64,000 nt of DNA from Verrucomicrobiaceae bacterium (GCA_051252135.1 JBPOGH010000008.1:96001-160000); one strand, 5' to 3'; counted from the first letter of the stretch, positions 28,105 to 38,127 are shown. The notes: generated by a model from the letters alone, not told the origin. Translations and numbers: made by a program.

Positions 28105-29079
28105 TCACAAAATCAGCATGCAATCCCCGTAGGAATAGAACCGATACCGCTCCGCCACCGCCTCCCGGTACGCCTCCAGCATCAACTCACGCGACGCAAA
28201 TGCCGACACCAACATCAACAAGGTGCTGCACGGCAAATGAAAATTCGTCAGCAGCGCATCCACCGCCTTCAGCTCATACGGCGGATAAATAAAAATATCC
28301 GTCTCCCCCGCCGTCTCCTCAAAGCCCGTCCCGCTCTTCACCAGGTGCTCCAGCACCCGCGTCACCGTCGTCCCCACCGCCGCAATCTTCTCCGCCCCCT
28401 TCATCTTCCCCGCCGCCTCCTCACTCAAAAAATACCGCTCGGAGTGCATCTCATGCTCCCGCGGATCCTCCGCCTTCACCGGCCGAAACGTCCCCACCCC
28501 CACATGCAGCGTCAAAAAGGTATGATTCCGCTTCGCCAACATCTCCGGCGTAAAATGCAGCCCCGCCGTCGGCGCCGCAATCGCCCCCTCCTCCTTCGCA
28601 TACACCGTCTGGTAGCGCTCCCGATCCTCCTTCTCCGGCTCCCTCTCCATATAATGCGGTAAGGCCAGCTGCCCCACCTTCTCCAGATCGGGCGGCACAT
28701 CCCAATGAATCAGTCGCTCCCCCTTCTCGTTTGTTTGTACGACAGTTCCCGTACTCTCACCCACCGCCACCGTGCGCCCCACCTTCATCTTCTTCCCCGG
28801 CCGCACCAGGCACCACCAGTTCGAAGGATCGGGCGCATCCGTCCGCACCAACTCGATCTTCCCGTCGTTCGAAAACACCCGTGCCGGCACCACCCGCGTA
28901 TCATTCAACACCAACAAATGCTCCGGCGGCAATATCTCCGCAAACTCCCGGAACTGATGATGCGCAATCGTCCCCTTCGCCCGATCAATCACCATCATGC
29001 GCGATGACGCCCTGTCCTCCAACGGATGGGACGCAATCAATTCCTCGGGCAGATCGTAATGAAAATCAATTGTTCGCAC
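28105..29079 (-). CDS. queA: S-adenosylmethionine:tRNA ribosyltransferase-isomerase
   Basis: DFHYDLPEELIA, NDTRVVPAR, AAPTAGLHFT, TLHVGVGTF, TNFHLP, YRFYSYGDCM; GTG start at 29079. Confidence 0.97.
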   Translation of the reverse strand: MRTIDFHYDLPEELIASHPLEDRASSRMMVIDRAKGTIAHHQFREFAEILPPEHLLVLNDTRVVPARVFSNDGKIELVRTDAPDPSNWWCLVRPGKKMKVGRTVAVGESTGTVVQTNEKGERLIHWDVPPDLEKVGQLALPHYMEREPEKEDRERYQTVYAKEEGAIAAPTAGLHFTPEMLAKRNHTFLTLHVGVGTFRPVKAEDPREHEMHSERYFLSEEAAGKMKGAEKIAAVGTTVTRVLEHLVKSGTGFEETAGETDIFIYPPYELKAVDALLTNFHLPCSTLLMLVSAFASRELMLEAYREAVAERYRFYSYGDCMLIL

Positions 29080-29167
29080 AGCGGCGCGAGTCTCCACCGG
29101 ACTCACCCCGCTGGCCAATCGTTTTTTAATCGCCCATACATTCAGTTCCCTTAACCTCAAGTTGCCG

Positions 29168-29914
29168 ATGAGCGAGAACCCCTACCTTCCGCCCCAAACA
29201 AACGCCGACCCCTCCAGCGCTCTCCCCCGGCACCCCGGCCAGGGCTCCCCCTACGGCCCCTTCCGCGATACCGGAACTCTTGCCCTCATCATCCTCACCC
29301 TCTTCTCCCTCCTCTTCATCGCCACCCTCGCTTCCGCATACGTCGGCTGGTTCGAACTCAGCGCCCTCGATACCCGGGGCTACGACTACACCTCGATCGA
29401 ATACGAGGTCATGTCCAAATTCCGCGAAGCCCTCAATCCCTTCTCAAAGTCCATCGGATTATTCATCATCATCTTCTGGTGCATCTGGGCCAACCAATCC
29501 TGTAAAAACGCCTGGCTCATCAACAGCCGCGACGGCGCCACCGCCGTCTACCGCGGCCGTGAGTCCTTCACCCCCGGCTGGACCGTCGGCTGGTTCTTCA
29601 TCCCCATCGCCAACCTCTGGAAACCCCTTCAAGCCATGGCCTGGATCCGCGATGCCTCCCAAAAACCCCTCGGCCTCACCATGGGCAAACTCCTCGGCTT
29701 CTGGTGGACCTTCTGGCTGATCTCTCGATTCACCGGTGAAATCGTCGAACGCCTGGGCACCATGGCCGCCACCCCGGTGGACCTCGCAACCTATTTCCGC
29801 ATCTTCATCGTCCTCATCCCCCTCGATCTCATCGCCATCACCTTCGCCTCCCTCGTCGTCTTCCGTCTCACCAGGATTCAAAAAATCCGTGCACGCGAAC
29901 TCAGCCTCATCTAA
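29168..29914 (+). CDS. DUF4328-like membrane protein
   Basis: ENPY..P N-terminus; FTPGWTVGWFFIPIANLWKP; WW.FW. Confidence 0.8.
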   Translation: MSENPYLPPQTNADPSSALPRHPGQGSPYGPFRDTGTLALIILTLFSLLFIATLASAYVGWFELSALDTRGYDYTSIEYEVMSKFREALNPFSKSIGLFIIIFWCIWANQSCKNAWLINSRDGATAVYRGRESFTPGWTVGWFFIPIANLWKPLQAMAWIRDASQKPLGLTMGKLLGFWWTFWLISRFTGEIVERLGTMAATPVDLATYFRIFIVLIPLDLIAITFASLVVFRLTRIQKIRARELSLI

Positions 29915-29923
29915 GACCCCGTC

Positions 29924-30235
29924 ATGCAATTCGAAAACGTCACCGCCGTCGCCGCAGGAAATGTCTACTTCGATGGAAAAGTCATCTCCCACACCATCCT
30001 CCTCCCCGATGGCTCCCGCAAAACCCTCGGCGTCATCCTTCCCGGCTCCTACCACTTCGGCACCGAGGCCGCCGAGCGCATGGAAATCGTCGCCGGATCC
30101 TGCTCCTACGTCCTCGATGGCTCCGAAGAATCACACAGCGTCCCCAACGGCTCCTCCTTCGAAGTCCCCGCCAACTCCGGCTTCACCATCACCGCAGCCG
30201 ACGAACCCTGCCACTACGTCTGCTCGTTCCTTTAA
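29924..30235 (+). CDS. ppnP: Pyrimidine/purine nucleoside phosphorylase (DUF1255)
   Basis: NVYFDGKVISHT, KTLGVILPG.YHFGT...ERMEI, F.VPANSGF, YVCSF. Confidence 0.92.
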   Translation: MQFENVTAVAAGNVYFDGKVISHTILLPDGSRKTLGVILPGSYHFGTEAAERMEIVAGSCSYVLDGSEESHSVPNGSSFEVPANSGFTITAADEPCHYVCSFL

Positions 30236-30240
30236 GGGAC

Positions 30241-31167
30241 TCACTCCACAAACCGGTTGGCCTGCGCCAACTCCTGCGTAAACCGCTTCGCTGACTCCTT
30301 CGTCAGATGAAACGTCGTGTCCGCAAAGTCCGCCGACCGCGACGAACAAGCCCCCTGCGGCAAATTCCAAAACCGCAACCCCGCCTCTTCCACCAACTGC
30401 CCGTAAAGCCTCCCCTTCGCCTCCCGGTTCTCCTCCACAATCGCCCCATCCGTATACTCCAGAGGCATCACATAAGAAAAGGCGACCTTCTTCACCCCAC
30501 ACCGGTCACGCCACCTCACCAGCCTCTCCACCGCTCGCTCAACCCCCTCGTCCGTCCAGGTAAAAACCTTCTCTTGCGGCCCCGGCCGGTCATCCATCTC
30601 CGTCGTGATCTGCCCGTCACCCTCCCGATCTCCCGCCTCATAGCGGAACAAGGGCTTCCGCAACGCCACCTTCGCCCCCAGTGACATCAGATGGTTAAAT
30701 CCCGGACGCGATCCCTTCACCACCGTCTCCGGATCACTCACCTCTCCCAAGGCCAACCGCATCTGCGCCCCCGCCTTCGTCTCCTTTCCCACCGCCGCCA
30801 TCAACATCCGCGGACTGCACATCAGCACGATCTCATCCCCCTCCCGCGCCTGCGCCAGAGCCTCCTCCATAAACACCCCCAGCCCCATCTGCCGCGTCCC
30901 CCCCAGATTGTGGGCATACCGTCCCGTCTGAATCGCATACTCCTCCGCATCAATCCCGAACGCACAAGACGAGTCACCCGTAAAAAGAGCATACGCCACA
31001 TCCGGCCGCTCCTCCAGCACCTCCCGCCGCTCCTTGAACGCCCCCACCCAAAACTTCGTCTCCGGCTCAAACTTCGCCGCATAAAGCCACCCCACCCCCA
31101 CCGCAACCAGCAGGGTTAGGAAGTAGATCAGCAACCAGCGCCTAGAAGTTGAAATAGATGAACTCAT
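30241..31167 (-). CDS. SGNH-like periplasmic partner of MBOAT (DltD/AlgJ-like)
   Basis: TM anchor; GDSS, NLG, D-T-T-F-H near the C-terminus; overlaps the MBOAT stop. Confidence 0.6.
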   Translation of the reverse strand: MSSSISTSRRWLLIYFLTLLVAVGVGWLYAAKFEPETKFWVGAFKERREVLEERPDVAYALFTGDSSCAFGIDAEEYAIQTGRYAHNLGGTRQMGLGVFMEEALAQAREGDEIVLMCSPRMLMAAVGKETKAGAQMRLALGEVSDPETVVKGSRPGFNHLMSLGAKVALRKPLFRYEAGDREGDGQITTEMDDRPGPQEKVFTWTDEGVERAVERLVRWRDRCGVKKVAFSYVMPLEYTDGAIVEENREAKGRLYGQLVEEAGLRFWNLPQGACSSRSADFADTTFHLTKESAKRFTQELAQANRFVE

Positions 31168-32506
31168 GGTAAGCAGCAGGTTGAAAAAGATAAATCATCA
31201 CAATCATCACCACACACGTAAATCGATGCGTCAGCAGGGAATACGGCTTCTTCAGCGCCAGCCCCTCCATCACCAAAGCCAGCGACCCCAACCCCAAAAT
31301 CGCCGCCGCCGCAATCACCGCACTCTTGTTCGGAAACGCTCCCATCACCGCCTTGAGATTCGCCACCGAATACTCCAGCGGACTCAGCAAGGTCCCCACC
31401 TTCTCAAAAAGCACCGCCGTATCCCGCTCAAAGAAAAACAACCACGTAAAGGTCACCAACCCCATGTGCAACCCCCACGCCACCGGCTTCGGAATGCGGA
31501 ACTTCGACCACGGAGGAAGCAACACCAGCACCCCGTGCAAAAGACCCCACAGCACAAAATTCCACCCCGCCCCGTGCCACACCCCCGACACCGCAAACAC
31601 CAACAGAATCAGCGCCCACCGCCACTGGCTCCGGTTTCCGCCCAGCGGAATATAAAGGTAATCCCGAAACCACTGGCTCAACGACACATGCCACCGCCGC
31701 CAAAAATCCCGAAAGTTCGTCGTCCAATACGGACTCACAAAGTTCAACGTCAGCCGAATCCCCAGACACCGCGCCAACCCAAACGCAATCAGACTGTAGC
31801 CCGCAAAATCATAATAAATCCGGAACGAAAAGAACACGCACTCCAGCCACACCAAAAACGGATTCCCCGCGTCCACCGTCACCGCCGCCCACTCCGCCGC
31901 AATGTTCTCCGCCAGCGTCAGCTTCATAAACAAGCCCAGCACAATCCACCGCACCCCCGACTCAATCCCCTCCCAATCCAACCGAAAACGAAACCCCTCC
32001 ACCTGCGGCAACAAATCACTCCGCCGCTCAATCGGACCCGCCACAATCTGCGGAAAAAACGACGCAAAATTCAAACAATCCAGAAACTCCGGCAGCGGCT
32101 CCTTCCCCTTCACCGTATCCACCACCAACCCCACCATCTGGAAGGTATAAAAGGACAAGCCCACCGGAATCAACAAACCCCGCAACCCCTCCGGCGTCTC
32201 CCCCATCACCTGCCCCGTCACAAACGGCGCATACTTGTAAAACACCAGAGGCAACAACTGAAACACCGACACCAACCCCAAAAACACCTTCGAATCCCTC
32301 CCCGATCTCAACGCCAAATACGTCACCCCAAAGACAAACAAAAACACCCCCAGCGTCAGCCAACTCTCCAGCCCCAACAACGTCAGACTCAACCCCGCCA
32401 ACAACAACCGGTCCGTCCGCCCGTCCTTCCGGAAACACCGCACCAACCCGATGATCACCAGCCCGGCGAACAGGCTGAGCCAAAAGCCCGGTAGCGAGAA
32501 ATTCAT
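31142..32506 (-). CDS. MBOAT family O-acyltransferase (AlgI/DltB-like)
   Basis: PVGLSFYTFQ, FFPQIVAGPIER, DFAGYS, FWRRWHVSLSQWFRDYLYIPLGG, SGVWHGAGWNF, FIYFNF. Confidence 0.95.
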   Translation of the reverse strand: MNFSLPGFWLSLFAGLVIIGLVRCFRKDGRTDRLLLAGLSLTLLGLESWLTLGVFLFVFGVTYLALRSGRDSKVFLGLVSVFQLLPLVFYKYAPFVTGQVMGETPEGLRGLLIPVGLSFYTFQMVGLVVDTVKGKEPLPEFLDCLNFASFFPQIVAGPIERRSDLLPQVEGFRFRLDWEGIESGVRWIVLGLFMKLTLAENIAAEWAAVTVDAGNPFLVWLECVFFSFRIYYDFAGYSLIAFGLARCLGIRLTLNFVSPYWTTNFRDFWRRWHVSLSQWFRDYLYIPLGGNRSQWRWALILLVFAVSGVWHGAGWNFVLWGLLHGVLVLLPPWSKFRIPKPVAWGLHMGLVTFTWLFFFERDTAVLFEKVGTLLSPLEYSVANLKAVMGAFPNKSAVIAAAAILGLGSLALVMEGLALKKPYSLLTHRFTCVVMIVMIYLFQPAAYHEFIYFNF

Positions 32507-32521
32507 CTGCGAAAAACCCTA

Positions 32522-33409
32522 CTACAGCGTCGCCTTCATGCGGAAGAACTTCTTACCCCCACTCTTCGGAGCCCGCATAATCACCCAATTGGGAAAGACC
32601 TCAACCCGCGTCGGCGGCACATCCGTCCAATCGTCCGCCTCCCCCGTATCACTCTCCTGAAACACCAGATTCCCCGTCCCAATATAAGGAACCTCCCACG
32701 CCATCATCGTTGGATCCTCCGGGTCCTCCTCAAATGTCCCCGGCAACACCCCCTTCTCCTTCGGATTCAATTCCAGCGTAAACTCCAGCAGATTCGGAAT
32801 CCCATCCCCGTCCGGATCCCCGTTCGGGCCCGAGATCGCCTCATCCGCCAAATCATCCCCAACCCAGTGAAGCTCCTGCCACAGTTGAAAAGGAGACTCC
32901 GGCTCGGCCACATTAATCGTCAAACGATAAGGCGGCGTCTTATTTCCCTGCAGGTTCTCAAAACGATACCCCACAATCGTTACCTGGTAGCTTCCCGGCA
33001 CCGTGATCACCCCTTCCAGGGTCCCCCCTGGCAGGAGAAATTCTCTCGGAGGATCTCCAAAGAACGTCTTAATACCCCACGTGTACGCAACCGATCCCGG
33101 AGGAAGGCCCGTAACCGAATAGGAAGCTGCCGTGTGGTTCCCCCCACTCTCAAACACCCATTTGAAATTCTCCCCCACCGTCGTCTCCGCCGGATTGTCA
33201 TACCCCACCGACGGAGTCACAAAGGTCGTCTGCCCCGTCAGCGTATCAATCCCCGCAAAACTCACCGTCAACGGAGTCGCCAATCGCAAGGTCGCCGGTG
33301 ACGAAAACAACGGAGCCAGATGCTTCACAAACGGAACCCGTTGGGCCGCCACCGATAAGGCACTCGCCGAATAATGGAGCACCCGCTGCCCCTGCAATTT
33401 GAAATTCAT
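32522..33409 (-). CDS. Exported Ig-like protein with C-terminal '..FFR' module; candidate flavinylation substrate
   Basis: ATG 33409 coupled to the DUF4266 stop; long atypical leader, GIDTLTGQT, SYSVTGLPPG (He_PIG-like), DPDGDGIPNLLEF, KKFFRMKATL. Confidence 0.75.
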   Translation of the reverse strand: MNFKLQGQRVLHYSASALSVAAQRVPFVKHLAPLFSSPATLRLATPLTVSFAGIDTLTGQTTFVTPSVGYDNPAETTVGENFKWVFESGGNHTAASYSVTGLPPGSVAYTWGIKTFFGDPPREFLLPGGTLEGVITVPGSYQVTIVGYRFENLQGNKTPPYRLTINVAEPESPFQLWQELHWVGDDLADEAISGPNGDPDGDGIPNLLEFTLELNPKEKGVLPGTFEEDPEDPTMMAWEVPYIGTGNLVFQESDTGEADDWTDVPPTRVEVFPNWVIMRAPKSGGKKFFRMKATL

Positions 33410-33636
33410 CGTTCGATTTGAGTTAAGGTCAGATTGCACCCGCAGCCACCACCACCCACCCCGTTCCCGCCGTGCGACGCCTCCCGCGAGAAATACAAAT
33501 GATCCGCCATCGCATCCCCCACCGGATCCCGATCCGGCTTCATCACCTTCGACGCAAGATAGCCGCGTTGATCGGAAGCCACCTTGGCACAAGAGCTCAA
33601 CAAAAGAACCGGTAGAAAAAATAGGGCAGGTTTCAT
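33406..33636 (-). CDS. DUF4266 family small lipoprotein
   Basis: Lipobox LSSC; QRGYLA...M, HLYFSREASHGGNGVGGGGCGCN. Confidence 0.88.
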   Translation of the reverse strand: MKPALFFLPVLLLSSCAKVASDQRGYLASKVMKPDRDPVGDAMADHLYFSREASHGGNGVGGGGCGCNLTLTQIER

Positions 33637-34583
33637 GACGGGATAAGATAACGGTGAATGTTCTCTGAAAAATAAAGTTGGTCTGCAGTTTGAAAAAGCG
33701 CCGCCGCATTCAGCGTCCGGTCCACCTCCGCAAGCCCCTCCTCCACTCCGGTTACGCACGAAACCGTCGAAAGGATGCCTGCCGTCAAACAATCTCCCGC
33801 CAAACAGCTCGCGGTCAACAGCTCATTCTCCACCGGCCACCCCGTCCGCGCATCAATAATGTGCCCGAACACCTTCCCCCCAACCGTCCGAAACCGCCGC
33901 CCGTTCCCCGAGGTCGCCAACCCCACATCCCTGATCGCCACCCGATGCACCGCCGAGTCCAACTCCCGCGCATTCTCCACCCCCACCACCCAATACGGCC
34001 CATGCGGCGGCGATCCCAGAGTCGCCACATCCCGACCCAAATCCACCAGGGCATGCTCCACCCCGCACTCCCGCGCCAACCGAATCAACCGGTCCACCGC
34101 ATACTCCTTCCCAAACCCCCCAATCTCCATCGCCATCCCCGCCTCCGGTAAAAATATCCGCCCCTCCTCATACTCCACCGCCCCCCAACTCACCCGCGCC
34201 ACCGTCGCCGCAATCTCCCCGTCCCCCGGCATCCGGTCCTCCCTCGCCGCCGCATCCCAAAGGTGCGTCAGCGGAAGCGATGTCGGGTCAATCAACCCTC
34301 CACTCGTCCGAAAGGTATAATCACACAAAGCCACCACCTCATCCTCCTCCTCACTCAGCGCCACCGACTCCCTCCCCGCCAATTCATTGATCCGGCACAA
34401 GAGCGACCCCGCCTTAAACCGCGACCACCTCTCCTCAAACTCCCGGATCCACCGCAACACCTCCGACCGGAACTCCTTCGCCACCTCCACCTCCCCCGTC
34501 CGGAACTGCACCACACAATCCGTCCCCAACGCCTTAAAGCGCAGCTTGAAAAGTCCGGGGCTAAGGTCCGCTACATTCATCAC
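33633..34583 (-). CDS. apbE: FAD:protein FMN transferase
   Basis: FKALGT, WSRF...S, IGGFGKEYAVD, LATSG, HIIDARTGWP; no signal peptide visible. Confidence 0.92.
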   Translation of the reverse strand: MMNVADLSPGLFKLRFKALGTDCVVQFRTGEVEVAKEFRSEVLRWIREFEERWSRFKAGSLLCRINELAGRESVALSEEEDEVVALCDYTFRTSGGLIDPTSLPLTHLWDAAAREDRMPGDGEIAATVARVSWGAVEYEEGRIFLPEAGMAMEIGGFGKEYAVDRLIRLARECGVEHALVDLGRDVATLGSPPHGPYWVVGVENARELDSAVHRVAIRDVGLATSGNGRRFRTVGGKVFGHIIDARTGWPVENELLTASCLAGDCLTAGILSTVSCVTGVEEGLAEVDRTLNAAALFQTADQLYFSENIHRYLIPS

Positions 34584-35732
34584 CTAAAATTCATAATTCA
34601 CCCCAAGCGTAATCACGTTCGCCTTCGGGAAGAAAATATCCGGCGTCCCCGCACTCCGCCCAAACATCTCATAACGCTCGATCTTAAAATCCACCGCCAA
34701 CTCCTCCGTCGCCTCAAAGGTAAACTTCACCCCCGCCGTCGCCGCCTCAAAGGCCGACAACCGGTAATCCGGTGAAAAAAACGGAGCCTGCCCCTGGATC
34801 GCCTGAAACCCCGCAAAGTTCTGCCCCGTCAGCGTCGGATAATAATAGTCCGCCGCACCCTGACGGTAATAACGCACATACGGCGTCACACTCAACTCAT
34901 CCGTCACCTGCTGAATCCACTTCACCTCAAAGGTGTGCCCCACCAACCCGTCGCTGTTCGCAAAAAAACGGTAGGACGGAGCCAAGGCCGCGTCCACCCC
35001 CGGGAAATAATGACGCCCCGCCACCTTCAGCACCCACCGGTCCTGCTCCCCCGGACGGTTCTCCGGAGCCGGAATATGAAACCCTCCCGGATTGAACACC
35101 TGCGAGATCGCCCGATACGGATCCGCCAAAAACCCCTTCGTGTGACCATAACCCATCGTCACATCCAGAATCGTCCGCGTCCCCATCAGCTGGGAAACCC
35201 CCAGAGTCAAATCCAGCGCATCCTTGTTCTCCTCCTGCACCAAAAAACCCGCCGCCTTCACCTTGTCCAGCGCCACCGATACCCCCGCCGTCACCGTCGT
35301 ATTCTTCTCAAAAAACTCACTCCGCCACTTCGCCGCCAACGCATTGGACAAATAATCATCCTCCTCACTCCGGGCATACTCAAAGGTCAGCGTGTGATCC
35401 TCCATCTCATGCTCCAGCGTCACAATCGTCACATAACGCTCATCCTCAATCTGCTGAAACTGCCAATCGTCCGGATCCCGGTTCGCATGCGTCCCCGTCG
35501 GCGTCTGACCACTCAGACTATCCACCGCCAATCTCAGACCCAAAGTCGTCTTGTCCCACCCGTTCGACTGCAACCAGCTGTGCTTGTAGTCCAGATAATG
35601 CGACACCACATCAATCCGCCCGTTCTCCTCATCGTAATACTGATACTTGTAACGAAGAACATCCTGCCCCTCGCTTGCGGACGTCGCCAAGAGAGGCAGG
35701 GCAGGAAAAAGCGATGTTCGTGGGCGCAGCAT
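34584..35732 (-). CDS. DUF3570 family outer-membrane protein
   Basis: YQYYDE..GRI.V, VDSLSGQTPTG, S.E.DYLS, GFLADPY, ENRP, RYYRQ.AADYY, S.DYRLS; C-terminal YEF; next to apbE and DUF4266. Confidence 0.85.
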   Translation of the reverse strand: MLRPRTSLFPALPLLATSASEGQDVLRYKYQYYDEENGRIDVVSHYLDYKHSWLQSNGWDKTTLGLRLAVDSLSGQTPTGTHANRDPDDWQFQQIEDERYVTIVTLEHEMEDHTLTFEYARSEEDDYLSNALAAKWRSEFFEKNTTVTAGVSVALDKVKAAGFLVQEENKDALDLTLGVSQLMGTRTILDVTMGYGHTKGFLADPYRAISQVFNPGGFHIPAPENRPGEQDRWVLKVAGRHYFPGVDAALAPSYRFFANSDGLVGHTFEVKWIQQVTDELSVTPYVRYYRQGAADYYYPTLTGQNFAGFQAIQGQAPFFSPDYRLSAFEAATAGVKFTFEATEELAVDFKIERYEMFGRSAGTPDIFFPKANVITLGVNYEF

Positions 35733-35838
35733 GGGAATTCTGATTTGCCGAAGCTAACCAACCATCCCCCCTCAAAGGAAGGCCGGACTTCACCCCTTGC
35801 TCAAACCGTTCCCCCCGCCCGTTCCAAAAATCCCCAAT

Positions 35839-36714
35839 CTAATGATTCCCCTCAAGGTCCTCATCATGAACCTGCTCGATCTCCGCATCCTTGCGCAACT
35901 CGTCCGCCAGCGCCTGCAGCGCCCTCCGCTTCTTCCGCGCCAACGCCCGATTCGTCACCTCCTCCCGCACCTCCTCCAACGGCGTCACATGACCCGCCTT
36001 CACCCCCGTCACCTTGATCAGATGAAAAGCATGTTCATAAGTCATCACCGGCGACACCTCACCATCTCGCAGCGAGAAAAGAATCGACTCAAACGGATTC
36101 GTCGGACGATCCAGATCAATCCAATCCAAATCAATCTCACCCGTCGACTTCTCCGTCTCCCGCTTCGCGATCTCGATAAAATCTCCTCCCTCCAGCGCCT
36201 CCTCCCGAATCTCACACATCCGCTGATAAAGCTCCGGCGGCGACACCTCCTCGGAGATCGGCTTCATCAAGTGCAAACACCGCGCCTCCGCCGCCACCCG
36301 GTAATCCTTCTCAAACTCCCGGTAAAACTCCTCCACCTCCTCCTCGCTCACTTCACTGTCATCCCCCATCAACTCATCGATCAGCTTCTCCATCCGCAAC
36401 GAGGCCGATATCTCATACCGCATCGCATCCCGCTGCTGCTCCAACATCTCCCACGACGCCCCGTGCTCCCGGAAACGATCAATCATCTCCTTCAAGTGCG
36501 GCTTGATCTCCTCCTCCGGAATCTCCGCGTGACGCTTCTCCGCCTCCTGCGCAATCAAAATGGAATCCGCCACCTCCTTCTCCGCCTGCTCCCGAAATTC
36601 CGGATCCTTCTCACAACAGGAAACCTGAAGCCGTTGCTCGGCCTCCGCCTTAATCCGGGAAAAACTCTCTTCAATCAGGTCGGGATTCACCAACTCACCA
36701 TTCACACGAAGCAT
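35839..36714 (-). CDS. PpiC/parvulin-type peptidylprolyl isomerase (SurA/NifM-like)
   Basis: LRVNGE, ARCLHLM, F..IAK, F.L..GEVSPVMT....HLIKV. Confidence 0.78.
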   Translation of the reverse strand: MLRVNGELVNPDLIEESFSRIKAEAEQRLQVSCCEKDPEFREQAEKEVADSILIAQEAEKRHAEIPEEEIKPHLKEMIDRFREHGASWEMLEQQRDAMRYEISASLRMEKLIDELMGDDSEVSEEEVEEFYREFEKDYRVAAEARCLHLMKPISEEVSPPELYQRMCEIREEALEGGDFIEIAKRETEKSTGEIDLDWIDLDRPTNPFESILFSLRDGEVSPVMTYEHAFHLIKVTGVKAGHVTPLEEVREEVTNRALARKKRRALQALADELRKDAEIEQVHDEDLEGNH

Positions 36715-37099
36715 GGCCGGACGATGTACCGGGATTCCCGATTCGCCAAGTGACTAGCTCGGTTTTTCCTCTCCCCAAACCGCAATTCACCCGACCGCGC
36801 CGATCCACCAATAGCGTCCATTTAAGCCAAATTGCGTAAAATTACTTAAGCTAAGCAAAAGATGTGAATTGCCCGCATACACAAAAATTTAAATTTTTCT
36901 TACAGTCTGCACAACCTCTTGATCGTGGAAAATGAACAATTTGAATCGACGCAAATTAATGCACATCGGGGGATTTAGCCCACCTCTTTAATAGAGGCGT
37001 TTTATTTGATATTCTTGATAATTCTAACCCTCTGAGTTTCAGCGCCGATTTCGACTTTACGGAATCCTTAATTTCTAAAAAAAGTCGGTCCCCCTAAAT

Positions 37100-38089
37100 A
37101 TGAAAACATCAAGACTGCGTGGTCTTTCACGATCACTGATATTACCAGCTGCACTCGCCAGTAGTGCAGGCACCGCACAAGCCTACCTCGGTGGCTTTGA
37201 ACAAGAAGACGGATACCGCGACTTCCTCGGCCGCGTCGAGACCTACAACGCCGGCCAATACGGCGCAAACGTCAACCCCTCCGCCACTTCCACCAACATT
37301 CCCACCAACTCGGGAGCATGGCAAAAAATCGTAGGCACCTCCGGTGTCTACGCCACCGGCCACTTTGGCCGTGACCGCCTGAACCCCGGTTCCGCTCACA
37401 ACGGCGGCTACCAGGCACTTGTCATCACCACCAACGGAGACGGCTGGGCCGGCACGGGTCAGACTTATGACTACGATCTCGACGCCCTCGACCTCGGCGG
37501 CGCCGACCCCCTCAACACCTCCAGTTCAAAGGTGAACCTCAGCTTCTGGTCCTGCCCAACCGACATCTACGGCGCCGACCAAATGCCCAGCGGCTACTTT
37601 GGTGATAGCGTCGCCTTCCGCGATTCCTCCGGAAACGTTGGAGTCTCCGTCGGTTACCACATTGCCAATGATACCGGGAGTTATGGTAACGTCACTCTCG
37701 CCTACAACCTGAATGGCACTTGGGTCGACACCGGAATCGATGCCGCCAACTCCTATTATCAGCAGTGGGACGTCACTCTCGATCTGGCAAACCAGACCGT
37801 GAATGTCGACCTCGTCGACGGCGGATACACCAAGACTCCCATCAGCACCGGAGTTCCCCAATACGTTGGCACCGGCAACCGCACGACCTTCATCAACAAT
37901 CAGGCTCTCACCACCAACATGAGCAACCTGACCAGCCTGCAGTTCCACTCCTCACCGGGAGCAAGCAACAGCAAGCAATGGCAGGTCGATGACTTCAAGG
38001 GCAGCATTGTTGCTGTCCCCGAACCAAGCAGCACCCTGCTCGTGCTCCTCAGTTCCATCGTCCTCACCGCACGCCGTCGGCGCACGTAG
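37100..38089 (+). CDS. PEP-CTERM protein
   Basis: Signal peptide AQA; tail AVPEPSSTLLVLLSSIVLTARRRRT. Confidence 0.93.
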   Translation: MKTSRLRGLSRSLILPAALASSAGTAQAYLGGFEQEDGYRDFLGRVETYNAGQYGANVNPSATSTNIPTNSGAWQKIVGTSGVYATGHFGRDRLNPGSAHNGGYQALVITTNGDGWAGTGQTYDYDLDALDLGGADPLNTSSSKVNLSFWSCPTDIYGADQMPSGYFGDSVAFRDSSGNVGVSVGYHIANDTGSYGNVTLAYNLNGTWVDTGIDAANSYYQQWDVTLDLANQTVNVDLVDGGYTKTPISTGVPQYVGTGNRTTFINNQALTTNMSNLTSLQFHSSPGASNSKQWQVDDFKGSIVAVPEPSSTLLVLLSSIVLTARRRRT

Positions 38090-38127
38090 ACGGTCTAAAA
38101 CGACATTCGTTTAACAAGCTTCATGCG

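Noticed and set aside
33410..33792. Track N-terminal extensions (395-aa and 128-aa versions)
   Set aside because: They overlap apbE/DUF4266; the coupled ATGs at 33636 and 33409 fit better
31166..36753. Long plus-strand ORFs (442, 360, 318 aa) antisense to MBOAT, DUF3570 and the PPIase
   Set aside because: R/P/H/Q-rich antisense shadows of well-supported minus-strand genes
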